This document shows, in pieces, positions 20,605 through 29,734 of a stretch of 64,000 bases of DNA (the first letter of the stretch is position 1; each line of letters opens with the position of its first letter). Both the position numbers and the translations under genes were made by a program. The DNA comes from an uncultured Candidatus Binatia bacterium (GTDB lineage Bacteria > Desulfobacterota > Binatia > UBA9968 > JAJDTQ01), in NCBI GenBank assembly GCA_964291295.2, contig OZ219754.1, forward strand, positions 2,720,001-2,784,000, written 5' to 3'. The notes under the pieces were generated by a model that had not been told where the DNA came from, did not search any database, and saw only the letters and a list, made by a program, of their open reading frames with translations.

Positions 20605-22587
20605 ATGTTGAGACAGCTGATTGTGTGTCGCCGAGAGATGTTCGCCGGCGGTCACGAGTTCGAGCCCACCGGGGCTTACGAGATCATCGCCGGCCAGGCC
20701 TTGGGAGAGGTGCTTCCGGACGACCCCCGGAACGCCGGCATCGTCCATCTCGACAAGGCGCCGCGCAACCAGCGTGGTGCCGTCGCGTACCGCTGTGACT
20801 TCCACACGCTGCGCCCCCGGGACGCCCGCAAAGGCAATGGCCGCGTACTCTACGAGGCGCCCAACCGCGGCGGCAAACGGGCCATGATGTTCCTCAACGA
20901 TGCGCCGGAGTGCAACGACCCGGTGAGCCTGGAGCACGCGGGAAACGGTTTTCTCATGCGGCGGGGCTACACCTGGCTCACATCGGGTTGGCAGGGAGAC
21001 CTCATTCCCTGGAAGGACGGGATGGTGCTGGAGGTTCCCGTCGCCACCGAACGCGACCACCCCATTCAGCGCCGAGTGCGGACCGAGATCTGCGTCACCC
21101 GTCCCGGTGTCCGTTGCCAGCCCTTGAGCGGCCATCCCAGGGTCCGGAGCTACCCGGCCGCCACCCGGGATGCGGAGCTGACGGTGCGGATGCGGTCGTA
21201 CGGTGAGCGGACGGTGGTGCCCGCCGCGCAGTGGAGCTTTGCCGTCGAAGAGGCTGGCGCCGCCGGTAACGGAACGCCCGGGATCGTGCCGAGCCCCCGC
21301 CACCTCCACCTGCCCGGCGGTTTCATTCCGGGGGCCATCTACGAACTGGTGTACACCGCGCGGGACCCGCTGGTGCTGGGACTGGGGTTTGCCGCGGTAC
21401 GTGACCTGGTCTCCTTTATGCGCTACGGGCAGGAGGACGGTGCCGCCAGCCCCTTGACCGGCGGTCCGGATATCGAAAAAGCTTATGCTTGGGGTCGTTC
21501 CCAGAGTGGGCGCTTTCTGCGGGATATGGTCTACCAGGGATTCAACGAGGACGAACAGGGCCGGCAGGTGTTCGACGCCATCGCACCCCACGCTTCCGGG
21601 GGCGGCCGCATCTTCCTCAACTACGAGTTCGCCCGGCCGGTCACCTCGTGCCAGCAGCATACCAACCAGCTTGAGCCCGAGCTCTTCCCCTTCGCCTACA
21701 ATGTCATGGAAGATCCCCAGACAGGCCGGAACGACGGCATCCTCAAGCGCCCCGCCACCGACCCGCTGGTGCTCCATACCCAGACTTCCACCGAGTACTG
21801 GCAGAAACGGGGAGCCCTGGCTCACACCGACGGCCGGGGAAACGATATCCCCCTGCCCGGCCGGGTACGCATGTACCTGGTTGCGAGCACGCAACACAAC
21901 GCTCCGTACGGCACCCGGGCCGCGCGGGCGAAGAGCCGGCACCCGAGCAATCCCCTGAGCATCGGCCCGGTCCTCCGCGCGTTGATCGTGGCCATGGACC
22001 GCTGGGCCACGGATGGGACCCCCCCGCCCCCCAGCCGCATCCCGCGAACCGCCGGCGGCACGCAGGTTACCCCCGAGAGCCTGCGAACCGGGTTCCCGGC
22101 CATCCCCGGGGCGCGCTGCACCGGGCTTCACAACCGCCAGCTCTTCCTCGACTACGGCGGAGGGGTGGCCCGGGGCATCATCGACTCCCGCCCCAAGGCT
22201 CCAGCCGACCATGCGGGATACACGATCCTGGTCCCGGCGGTGGATGCCGACGGCAACGACGTCGCGGGGATCCGCCTTCCCCGGGTCAACGTTCCCCTTG
22301 CCACCTTCACGGGATGGAACCTGCAGTCCGGTGAGCTGGCCGAGGGCGAACTGGCGGGCCTGCTGGGATCCTCCGTGCCCTTTCCCCGGACCCGGAGGGA
22401 ACGCAAGACCGGCGGCGACCCACGCCTGGCGCTCGAAGAAAGATACGTCAATCTGGATGACTACCTCGGACAGGTGCGCGGGAAGATCGGCGCCCTCGTG
22501 GAAGCCCGCTACCTGCTCGCCGAAGACGCCGAAGCGATGCTGGCGGATTGCCGGCGGGCATATCTGGACGCGGTGGCCTTGTCCTGA
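20605..22587 (+). CDS. Alpha/beta hydrolase domain-containing protein
   Basis: YEAPNRG, GWQGD, nucleophile elbow GRSQSGRFLR, TSTEYW, VDADGN..GIRLP. Confidence 0.85.
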   Translation: MLRQLIVCRREMFAGGHEFEPTGAYEIIAGQALGEVLPDDPRNAGIVHLDKAPRNQRGAVAYRCDFHTLRPRDARKGNGRVLYEAPNRGGKRAMMFLNDAPECNDPVSLEHAGNGFLMRRGYTWLTSGWQGDLIPWKDGMVLEVPVATERDHPIQRRVRTEICVTRPGVRCQPLSGHPRVRSYPAATRDAELTVRMRSYGERTVVPAAQWSFAVEEAGAAGNGTPGIVPSPRHLHLPGGFIPGAIYELVYTARDPLVLGLGFAAVRDLVSFMRYGQEDGAASPLTGGPDIEKAYAWGRSQSGRFLRDMVYQGFNEDEQGRQVFDAIAPHASGGGRIFLNYEFARPVTSCQQHTNQLEPELFPFAYNVMEDPQTGRNDGILKRPATDPLVLHTQTSTEYWQKRGALAHTDGRGNDIPLPGRVRMYLVASTQHNAPYGTRAARAKSRHPSNPLSIGPVLRALIVAMDRWATDGTPPPPSRIPRTAGGTQVTPESLRTGFPAIPGARCTGLHNRQLFLDYGGGVARGIIDSRPKAPADHAGYTILVPAVDADGNDVAGIRLPRVNVPLATFTGWNLQSGELAEGELAGLLGSSVPFPRTRRERKTGGDPRLALEERYVNLDDYLGQVRGKIGALVEARYLLAEDAEAMLADCRRAYLDAVALS

Positions 22588-22664
22588 CGACCGGGAGCGC
22601 GTGTGCCGGCGGAACCCCCTGTCGAAGAGGGAAAGGCGCGCTGCCGCCCTCTCCGCCAAGGGAG

Positions 22665-22738
22665 TGCCCCCGGCGAGACTCGAACTCACGACACCAGGAT
22701 TAGGAATCCTGTGCTCTATCCTGCTGAGCTACGGGGGC
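22665..22738 (-). tRNA. tRNA-Arg(CCT)
   Basis: GCCCCCG acceptor, GCTC/GAGC D-arm, CAGGA-TT-CCT-AA-TCCTG anticodon arm, TTCGAGT T-loop; CCA not encoded. Confidence 0.96.
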
Positions 22739-22879
22739 GTATCGGGGAGGTTTCTCCGGCGGCTTCGGCGCCGGGCGGGCAGGGACGGTTCCTGAAGCCG
22801 CGTGGTGGCTTTCTGACACGACCGCTGACGGCTTGTCAAACGAAAAAGCATCGTCCGAGAACCATCGGGGACTTGTCCG

Positions 22880-23503
22880 CTACGGGTCCGGAGGCACCCT
22901 CATGCCGCGCTGCACCGCGGGGCGGTTGCCGATGGCGTCGAACCAGCGCCGGACCTGCGGGAACTCGGCCAGATCCACCTTGTGCCGCTCGTGCCGGCCC
23001 ACCCAGGGGTAGGTGGCGATGTCCGCGACCGAATACGCACCGGCGAGGCAGTCGTGGTCGGTGAGGCGTTTCTCCATCACTCCGTAGAGTCGACGGGCTT
23101 CGTTTCCGTAACGATCGATGGCGTAGGGAATCTGCTCCCGGGCTCCCATGAAATGGTGCGCCTGTCCGAACATGGGGCCGACTCCGCCCATCTGGAACAT
23201 GAGCCACTGCATGACGTCGTAGCGGGCGCGGGTCTCCCGGGGCAGGAACCGGCCGCCGGCCTTGTCCGAAAGGTACAGCAGGATGGCGCCGGACTCGAAC
23301 AGGCTGTACGGGCCGCCGCCCGGACCGTCCCGGTCAACGATGGCCGGTATCTTGTTGTTGGGACTGATGGCCAGGAAGTCGCTCGCGAACTGTTCGCCCT
23401 TGCCGATATCGACGGGGTGGACCGTGTAGGGCAGCTCCAGCTCTTCCAGCATTATGGAGACCTTGCGGCCGTTGGGGGTTCTCCAGGTGTAGAGATCGAT
23501 CAT
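22880..23503 (-). CDS. Glutathione S-transferase, YfcG/Nu-class
   Basis: TPNGRK, SPNNKIPAI, FESGAIL, QWLMFQMGGVGPMFGQ. Confidence 0.93.
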   Translation of the reverse strand: MIDLYTWRTPNGRKVSIMLEELELPYTVHPVDIGKGEQFASDFLAISPNNKIPAIVDRDGPGGGPYSLFESGAILLYLSDKAGGRFLPRETRARYDVMQWLMFQMGGVGPMFGQAHHFMGAREQIPYAIDRYGNEARRLYGVMEKRLTDHDCLAGAYSVADIATYPWVGRHERHKVDLAEFPQVRRWFDAIGNRPAVQRGMRVPPDP

Positions 23504-23621
23504 GGTGCCTCCCGGGTCAGTCTTGTCACCCATCCCTAGACGGCAGTCCCCTTTTCGTCCCGGAAATTTCGTCCCGGAAATCTGACCAGGACTCGCGAGG
23601 GTGCCCGGGGCTGGACGGCCG

Positions 23622-24230
23622 TTACAACTTGATGTCCAGTTCCTTCAGCAGCGCCGCCGCGTCGGACCTGAAACCCTCGTCGATATGCTGATAGAGGCTT
23701 TTGCCCTTGGTGTCCGCGTCGACGATGAAAGGGCCCAGTCCGTCCACCTCCACGATCCACATGGCCTCGGGCCGGCCCAGATCCGGCCATGCGCGGTCGA
23801 TGACCCGGACCACCCGCGAAGCGTACTCGTTGTAGTTGCCCGCGCACACCAGATGGACGCAGCCGGACCGCCTGCAGAACTCCTCCAGGCCTTCCAGCAT
23901 TCCCTTGCCGATGATCACCTTGAGCCCCAACAATTCAACCGCCTTCTCGATCTTTTCGCGTCCCGCGAGCCAACTCGGCATGGGCACCATGGCGACCATC
24001 TCGGCGTGTTCCGGCCCCTCCCTGACCAGCGGGCCGCTATGAAACACCGTCTCGGCGCCGAGCTCCTTCAGGCGGGTGCGGACGCCCTCCCCTCCCCGGG
24101 GATCAAGGAGACGGTCATAGGTCAGCGACCTGCAGGTAAACAGGCAGCCGCTGAGAGTGACCGTGTCCCCGGCGTCGAGACGTCCCAGGGCTTCGTCGGT
24201 TATCGGCCGCGTCAGATGGCGTTCCTTCAT
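23622..24230 (-). CDS. Fe-S hydro-lyase (fumarase/tartrate dehydratase) beta subunit
   Basis: LDAGDTVTLSG, HSGP, IIGKG, DLGRPEAMW, D..GKSLY. Confidence 0.88.
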   Translation of the reverse strand: MKERHLTRPITDEALGRLDAGDTVTLSGCLFTCRSLTYDRLLDPRGGEGVRTRLKELGAETVFHSGPLVREGPEHAEMVAMVPMPSWLAGREKIEKAVELLGLKVIIGKGMLEGLEEFCRRSGCVHLVCAGNYNEYASRVVRVIDRAWPDLGRPEAMWIVEVDGLGPFIVDADTKGKSLYQHIDEGFRSDAAALLKELDIKL

Positions 24231-24280
24231 TTCCTTCTCCCGGGTCAGCGCGTCGCTGCGGCGGCAAGGGGATTCCCGGA

Positions 24281-25213
24281 TCAGGCCTGCGGCTCCCGGG
24301 TCATCCAGCTCGACAGCGGCAGGCTCTCAACCCGCCCGTCCGCATACATGCGGACCGTAGTCCGGCGCATGGCGGCGCACTGGAGGTAGACCGCCACAGG
24401 CAGGGTGGCCATGTGGCAGTAGGCCATCTCCACGTGGACATCGAAGGCCGAGGTGGAGCCGCCCATGCCCATGGGGCCAAGCTTCAGACGGAGGATGTCA
24501 TCCATGAGCTGGTCTTCCAGCCGGGCCAGCTCCGGATCGGGGTTGCGGTCCGCCACCGGCCTCAGGATCGCCGCCTCCTTTGCCATGCGGGTGCAGGTCT
24601 CGAAGGTGCCGCCCAGTCCTACGCCCACCAAGTTGGGCGAGCAGGTGGCGCCGAGACGCACCAGGTTGATGGTGGATTCCACCACGAATTTCCGCACGCC
24701 CTTCTCACCGGCGGTGGGCGGCAGCACGGTGAACCGGCTGCCCACCAGTTCCGGCCCGCCGCCCACGGCGACATTGGTGATCTCCAGGTAGTCTGCATCC
24801 GGCACGACCCGAACCTTGATGTCGGGGCAGCCGGGGCCCTGGTTGGTGTTGGGGTTGTGGCGCGTCAGCGGATGAACGGCATTGGGGCGCAGCGGGATGT
24901 CGGAGGTGACCTGGGCGCTCACCTCGCGCAATGTCCGTTCCAGCGCCCGGCAACCCCCTTCGATCTCCGGGATCATGGCGGTGCCCAGGCCGACGTAGTA
25001 GGTCAGCAGCCCGGTGTCGGCGCAAAAGGGCACGCCGCGGGCCGAGGCGGTGGCCACCGCGTCCAGGTTGGCCTTGAGGTGGGCCTTTCCCAGCCCGCTG
25101 CTCTCCCGGTCGTGCCGGTCCTGCATAAAGGACTTGAAGTCTTCAGGCAGATCATACTGATTTGCCTTCCATAATGCCGTGACCGTGTGCGCGATCGCTT
25201 CCTGGCTCAGCAT
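24281..25213 (-). CDS. Fe-S hydro-lyase (fumarase/tartrate dehydratase) alpha subunit
   Basis: CADTG, PLRPNAVHP, CSP..VGVGLGG, GPMGMGG, HMATLPVAV..QC. Confidence 0.9.
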   Translation of the reverse strand: MLSQEAIAHTVTALWKANQYDLPEDFKSFMQDRHDRESSGLGKAHLKANLDAVATASARGVPFCADTGLLTYYVGLGTAMIPEIEGGCRALERTLREVSAQVTSDIPLRPNAVHPLTRHNPNTNQGPGCPDIKVRVVPDADYLEITNVAVGGGPELVGSRFTVLPPTAGEKGVRKFVVESTINLVRLGATCSPNLVGVGLGGTFETCTRMAKEAAILRPVADRNPDPELARLEDQLMDDILRLKLGPMGMGGSTSAFDVHVEMAYCHMATLPVAVYLQCAAMRRTTVRMYADGRVESLPLSSWMTREPQA

Positions 25214-25327
25214 CCTGCACACCTTTCACCTGTGGTGGTACCTGTCGGCCCCCAACCATTGTATCTGTCCGTCCCCGACCCTTTGCACGTACAACACGAA
25301 ACCGCGACAGGCAAACGTTCCTCATTC

Positions 25328-25356
25328 TTGACAATCCTCATGCCGTCTTGCATTGT
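25328..25356 (+). promoter_or_regulatory. Possible sigma70 promoter for the TctC-like gene
   Basis: TTGACA-17 nt-CATTGT in a divergent intergenic region. Confidence 0.4.
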
Positions 25357-25399
25357 CTGTGGCTTCGAACAACGATCCGGCCCGAAAAGGAGACACACC

Positions 25400-26428
25400 A
25401 TGGTGCGAACACTCGCCGCCGTGATGACGGCGGGCATTGTCTTGGGGCTCGCGTCGGGACCCGCGTGGAGCGTGGCGGATTTCTACAAGGGCAAGACCAT
25501 TCGCTTCATCGTCGGCGCCTCGCCCGGCGGCGGCTATGACACCTATACCCGTACCGCGGCGCGCCACATCCGCAAGCACTTTCCCGGCAAACCGACTCCG
25601 GTGGTGCAGAACCTGACCGGGGCGGGCGGCCTCGTGGTTGCCAACTACCTTTACAACAAGGTGCGGCCCGACGGCCTCACCGTTGGCGTCTGGAACAACG
25701 TGTTCCTCCTGCACGAGGCGCTGGGCTCCCGGCGCGTGAACTTCCAGGGTCGGAACTTCGGCTGGATCGGTGCGCCGGTGACCGGGTGGCCGAGTTGCGC
25801 GGTCATGGGATTTACCGGCCTCAAGAACTGGGACGACGTGTTGAAGCGGGAGAAGCCGCTGAAGACGGGGTCGGCCGGGGGAACCGGCACCACCCTGCCC
25901 ACGATCCTCAATATCGCTTCCGGAAAGAACCTCTTCGACATCATCCCCGGCTACACGGGCACGTCCAAGGTGCGGCTGGCCATGCAGGCCAGGGAGTTGG
26001 ATGGCGTCTGCATGTCGTTCGAGGCCATGCGGGTGACGGCGCGTTCCATGCTCGATGCCGAGGGTGACGACAAGCTGATCCCGATCCTGGTGCACGGCAA
26101 TCCGCCGGACCCGGAAGTCAGGGGGGTGCCGCGGGTGACGGATCTGGTCAAGGGCAAGGACAACGTCGCCATGCTCACTGCCTGGGCGGTGCAGTACAAC
26201 TTCCAGCGGCCGCTGACACTCCCACCAGGCACTCCCCGGGACCGGGTGGTGGCTTGGCGCAAGGCCTATGCCGCGACCCTTGAGGATCCCGCCTTTCTGG
26301 CAGACGCCCGGAAGTCGAAACTGAACGTCGAGTACGTGTCCGGGGAGGATAGCGAGCAGTACGTCGAGACGATCCTGTCCATGTCTCCGGAGACCAGGGA
26401 ACGTCTCAAGTGGATGCTGCCCAGGTGA
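25400..26428 (+). CDS. Tripartite tricarboxylate transporter substrate-binding protein (TctC/Bug)
   Basis: Signal peptide, FYKGKTIRFIVG.SPGGGYD, NLTGAGG, PPGTP. Confidence 0.9.
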   Translation: MVRTLAAVMTAGIVLGLASGPAWSVADFYKGKTIRFIVGASPGGGYDTYTRTAARHIRKHFPGKPTPVVQNLTGAGGLVVANYLYNKVRPDGLTVGVWNNVFLLHEALGSRRVNFQGRNFGWIGAPVTGWPSCAVMGFTGLKNWDDVLKREKPLKTGSAGGTGTTLPTILNIASGKNLFDIIPGYTGTSKVRLAMQARELDGVCMSFEAMRVTARSMLDAEGDDKLIPILVHGNPPDPEVRGVPRVTDLVKGKDNVAMLTAWAVQYNFQRPLTLPPGTPRDRVVAWRKAYAATLEDPAFLADARKSKLNVEYVSGEDSEQYVETILSMSPETRERLKWMLPR

Positions 26429-26536
26429 GAACCTGCAGGTCCTGATCGAAGCCGATGCCCGTTGCCGCCCCTTTTCGGAACCGGACGACGGTGAGCGCGA
26501 CGTGCCCCCTGCGGTCCCATGAAATCCGACAGGGCG

Positions 26537-27505
26537 TCAGAGCGGATGGTTCTCCAGCCATTCCAGGTAGTGGCGCAGTCCGCTCTGGATGTCATATTGT
26601 GGAACGAAACCGAGATCTTTCCTTGCCCGCGTCATCGACAGGGGCCCCCGCAGGCTGTCGCGGAAGAACGGCGACAAGGTCCCGCCCTCTTTGAGGCGGA
26701 AGCGGAAACCCGGACGGATTCGCACCAGCGCCGAAAGGATATCGGAGAAACGGAGATTCTCGCCGCAACTCACGTTGTAGACACGGTGGCGCAGCTTCGC
26801 CTTGCGGAGCGCCAGCACCACGCAGCGGGCGGTATCGGAGACATGGGTGAGGTCGCGCACGAGATCGTCCGCCAACTCGACTTCGTCGCCGTTCAGCGCG
26901 GCCCGACACCAGTGGAACACCGGCGACATGACGGTGCGCAGCGGATTGGGACGTTCCAGCGGACCGTAGGGCGCGGAGAGGCGCAGGATGACCCCATCCA
27001 TGCCGAACAGCTGGAGGTAACGGGCCACCACCTCTTCCGCCGCGCGCTTGGTGATGCCATAGATGTCCCGGGGCCGGAGCGGCGTCTCCTCCTGCAGGGG
27101 GACGCCCGGGTCGGTGCCGCCGTAGACGCTGGCCGAACTCAGTTGAACGAATCGCTGGACCCCGGCCCGACGGGCGGCTTCCAGGACCGTGGCGGTGCCG
27201 CCAACGTTGACCAGCACCGCCTGCCGCGCCGCCTCCGGTTCCAGATCGCCAATGGCGGTGACCGCGGCCCCGTGGACCACCCGGTCGACGCCGTACCACT
27301 CCAGGACCGCGCACAGCGTATCCCGATCCAGGACGTCGGCCTTGACACAGGCAACCCGTTCCCGGAGCGGCCCGAGGAACTCCCCGGCGAGTTCGCCCAG
27401 TTCTCCCTCGGCGGACAGGGCCACTACCGACTCCCCCGACCCGGCCAACCGGGCCGTTACGTGAACTCCGACAAAGCCGGTGCCGCCGGTGACCAGTACG
27501 CTCAT
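26537..27505 (-). CDS. NAD-dependent epimerase/dehydratase (extended SDR)
   Basis: TGGTGFVG, SSASVYG, YGITK, YNVSCG. Confidence 0.92.
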   Translation of the reverse strand: MSVLVTGGTGFVGVHVTARLAGSGESVVALSAEGELGELAGEFLGPLRERVACVKADVLDRDTLCAVLEWYGVDRVVHGAAVTAIGDLEPEAARQAVLVNVGGTATVLEAARRAGVQRFVQLSSASVYGGTDPGVPLQEETPLRPRDIYGITKRAAEEVVARYLQLFGMDGVILRLSAPYGPLERPNPLRTVMSPVFHWCRAALNGDEVELADDLVRDLTHVSDTARCVVLALRKAKLRHRVYNVSCGENLRFSDILSALVRIRPGFRFRLKEGGTLSPFFRDSLRGPLSMTRARKDLGFVPQYDIQSGLRHYLEWLENHPL

Positions 27506-27639
27506 CGGCCGGTCCGCTCACCCGCGGCATGGCCTCCGGCGATCATGCCGCGGTCATGCGCCACCCAGGCCGCACCTCCGCTTGCATCTCCGCAGCCCAC
27601 CACGACGATAGCGGTTTTGGGATCCCGGGATGATGTCAT
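27502..27639 (-). pseudogene. Internally deleted remnant of an FAD-binding oxidoreductase (N- and C-termini only)
   Basis: 45 codons: AIVVVGCGDASGGAAWVAHDRG fused to MIAGGHAAGE, matching the ends of the flavoprotein at 29735-31240. Confidence 0.6.
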
Positions 27640-27665
27640 GTCCGATCTCGACGCGCAGGGAGAGG

Positions 27666-29714
27666 TCAGGCGAGGCCGAGCCGGACGAACAGCTCTCCCG
27701 GGGGAAAGGGCAGGCGCAGTCCATAGTCGAAGAGGCCGAAGAAGAAGATCCAGGCCACCGCGGCGAGTGCGACGCTGATGCCCCACTTCTCGCCGGCCCC
27801 CAGCCTGAGATAGGCGACGGTGGCCACCGCCGACGCGATGATGAAGCCGAGAAGCCAGATGATGAGGAAGAAGCCTGCGGTCCAGGCGACGATGGCCGCG
27901 GTGCGGCGGCGCAGCGACGCACGCTCCGCCGCCATGGCGGCGGCCGCCGCCGGTGCCGGTGCACGGAATTCCTGAAACAACGCCAGACTCGCCAGCGCCA
28001 GACTCGGCAACCCCACGGCCAAGGGGAACAGCGCGGCCTGCTTCTCCATGGCACCGAAACCGTAGAGCGCCTCGCAGACCACATAGACAAAGATGGCCAC
28101 GAACATTCCGGCGAAAAGCGCGCGTTCCGTTCCGGACGCTTCTCCCGCTCCCTCCGGGCCGTCGACCGGTGCTTTCTGCTCTTCTTCTTCCCTGCTTCGG
28201 GTTTGCCTGCGCGCCTGCCACAGCGGGTAGAGCAACGCTCCGGCGATCATGAGCCCGATGACGATCACCCCGGGCCGTGTCACCCAGCTCATGCCGTAGA
28301 TCCTGGTGGTGAGAAACAGGTTGTTGTCGGCGATCCCCCCCAGCACGAGCCCGAGCAGCAAGGGAGGGCGTTGCCAGTCGCTGCGGAGCATCAACCAGCC
28401 CAGCGCGCCGAACAGCAGCACCACGATCATGTCGCCGAAGCTGTTCTTGACCGCGAAGCCGCCCAGGAAAATGAGCAGCAGCAGGAACGGTATGAGATAG
28501 GTGCCCTTGACAAAGGTGATCCTGGCCAACTGCTTGAGAAAGAGGAAGCAGACCGCCACCGTGACGATATTGGAGAGGACGATGATCCAGACGAAGGAAA
28601 ACGTGAGGCTCAGGTGCTTTTGAGGGTCCAACAGGTCTGGGCCGGGGACGATACCCTGGATGATGAACGCCCCCAGCAGGATCGCCATACCCACGCTGCC
28701 GGGCACACCGAAGGCGATGGTGGGAACCAGCGAGCCTCCCTCCTTGGAGTTGTTGGCGGCGCCGGGTCCCAGCACCCCTTCCACGGCCCCTTGGCCGAAG
28801 CGGGTCTGGTCCGGGCCGCTCTGGACCGCGTGGGCGTAGGCCACCCATTGGGCCGGGCCGCCCCCAAGACCCGGGATGAGCCCGATGTAGGTACCGATGG
28901 CGCTGCAGCGGAGCACCAGCTTCCAGTGCCGGAAGGTGTCCCGGACCCCTTGCATCACCCCGCCCAGGGCACCGGACGTGTCGCGGGCGATGCTGCTCCC
29001 CCGAGTCCCGAGCTCGATGATCTCCGGGATGGCGAAAAGCCCCACGGTCACGGCCACCAGGGAAAGGCCGTCCCACAGGAACAGGACGTTGTCGCTGCCC
29101 AGGACCGGCTCCAGGGTGTAGCGCGATACGCTGGTGATGGCGTCGAGTCCCACCATGGCCAGCACCAGGCCGAAGCCGCCGGCGGTGAGACCCTTGGCCA
29201 GATTGCCGCCGCTCAGGGACGCCAGGAAAGTGATACCCAGGAGGCTGAGCATCAAGAACTCGGGCGCGCCGATGGAGAGCACCAGCGGCTGGACGATGGG
29301 GATGGCCAGGGCCAGCGCGAAGGCGCCGAAAACGGCTCCCACCAAGGAACTCATGAGCGCGGCGCCCAGGGCGCGTCCGGCCTCGCCGCGCTTGGCCATG
29401 GCGTGACCATCGACGATGGTGGCGGCGGTGATGCCTTCGCCCGGAACCCCGAACAACACCGAGGTGATGTCGCCGGTGGTGGCGGTAACCGCGTGGCTAC
29501 CCAGCAGAAACGCGAAGGCCGTGGTGGGGTCCATCCTGTAGATGAACGGCAGCATCAGGGCCAGCGTGGTGGCACCTCCGAGCCCTGGCAGGATGCCCAC
29601 GGCAAAGCCGATGGCGATGCCGATCAACATGAACAGGAAGGGGTCCTGCCCGGCTGCGGAGAAAGGCAGTACGGCCGTCAGGCCGGCGGCCAGGGAGCCG
29701 AAGTAGTCGAGCAT
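27666..29714 (-). CDS. Tripartite tricarboxylate transporter TctA with fused C-terminal TctB-like domain
   Basis: GILPGLG, GVPGE..DGH, AANNSKEGG..PTIAFGVPG; extra ~150-aa membrane domain ending FDYGLRLPFPPG. Confidence 0.9.
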   Translation of the reverse strand: MLDYFGSLAAGLTAVLPFSAAGQDPFLFMLIGIAIGFAVGILPGLGGATTLALMLPFIYRMDPTTAFAFLLGSHAVTATTGDITSVLFGVPGEGITAATIVDGHAMAKRGEAGRALGAALMSSLVGAVFGAFALALAIPIVQPLVLSIGAPEFLMLSLLGITFLASLSGGNLAKGLTAGGFGLVLAMVGLDAITSVSRYTLEPVLGSDNVLFLWDGLSLVAVTVGLFAIPEIIELGTRGSSIARDTSGALGGVMQGVRDTFRHWKLVLRCSAIGTYIGLIPGLGGGPAQWVAYAHAVQSGPDQTRFGQGAVEGVLGPGAANNSKEGGSLVPTIAFGVPGSVGMAILLGAFIIQGIVPGPDLLDPQKHLSLTFSFVWIIVLSNIVTVAVCFLFLKQLARITFVKGTYLIPFLLLLIFLGGFAVKNSFGDMIVVLLFGALGWLMLRSDWQRPPLLLGLVLGGIADNNLFLTTRIYGMSWVTRPGVIVIGLMIAGALLYPLWQARRQTRSREEEEQKAPVDGPEGAGEASGTERALFAGMFVAIFVYVVCEALYGFGAMEKQAALFPLAVGLPSLALASLALFQEFRAPAPAAAAAMAAERASLRRRTAAIVAWTAGFFLIIWLLGFIIASAVATVAYLRLGAGEKWGISVALAAVAWIFFFGLFDYGLRLPFPPGELFVRLGLA

Positions 29715-29734
29715 GGCCTACGCGGCGCCGGGCC

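Noticed and set aside
22587-22880. tRNA-Arg(CCT) as an island integration site
   Set aside because: No integrase or duplicated tRNA 3' end seen in the window.
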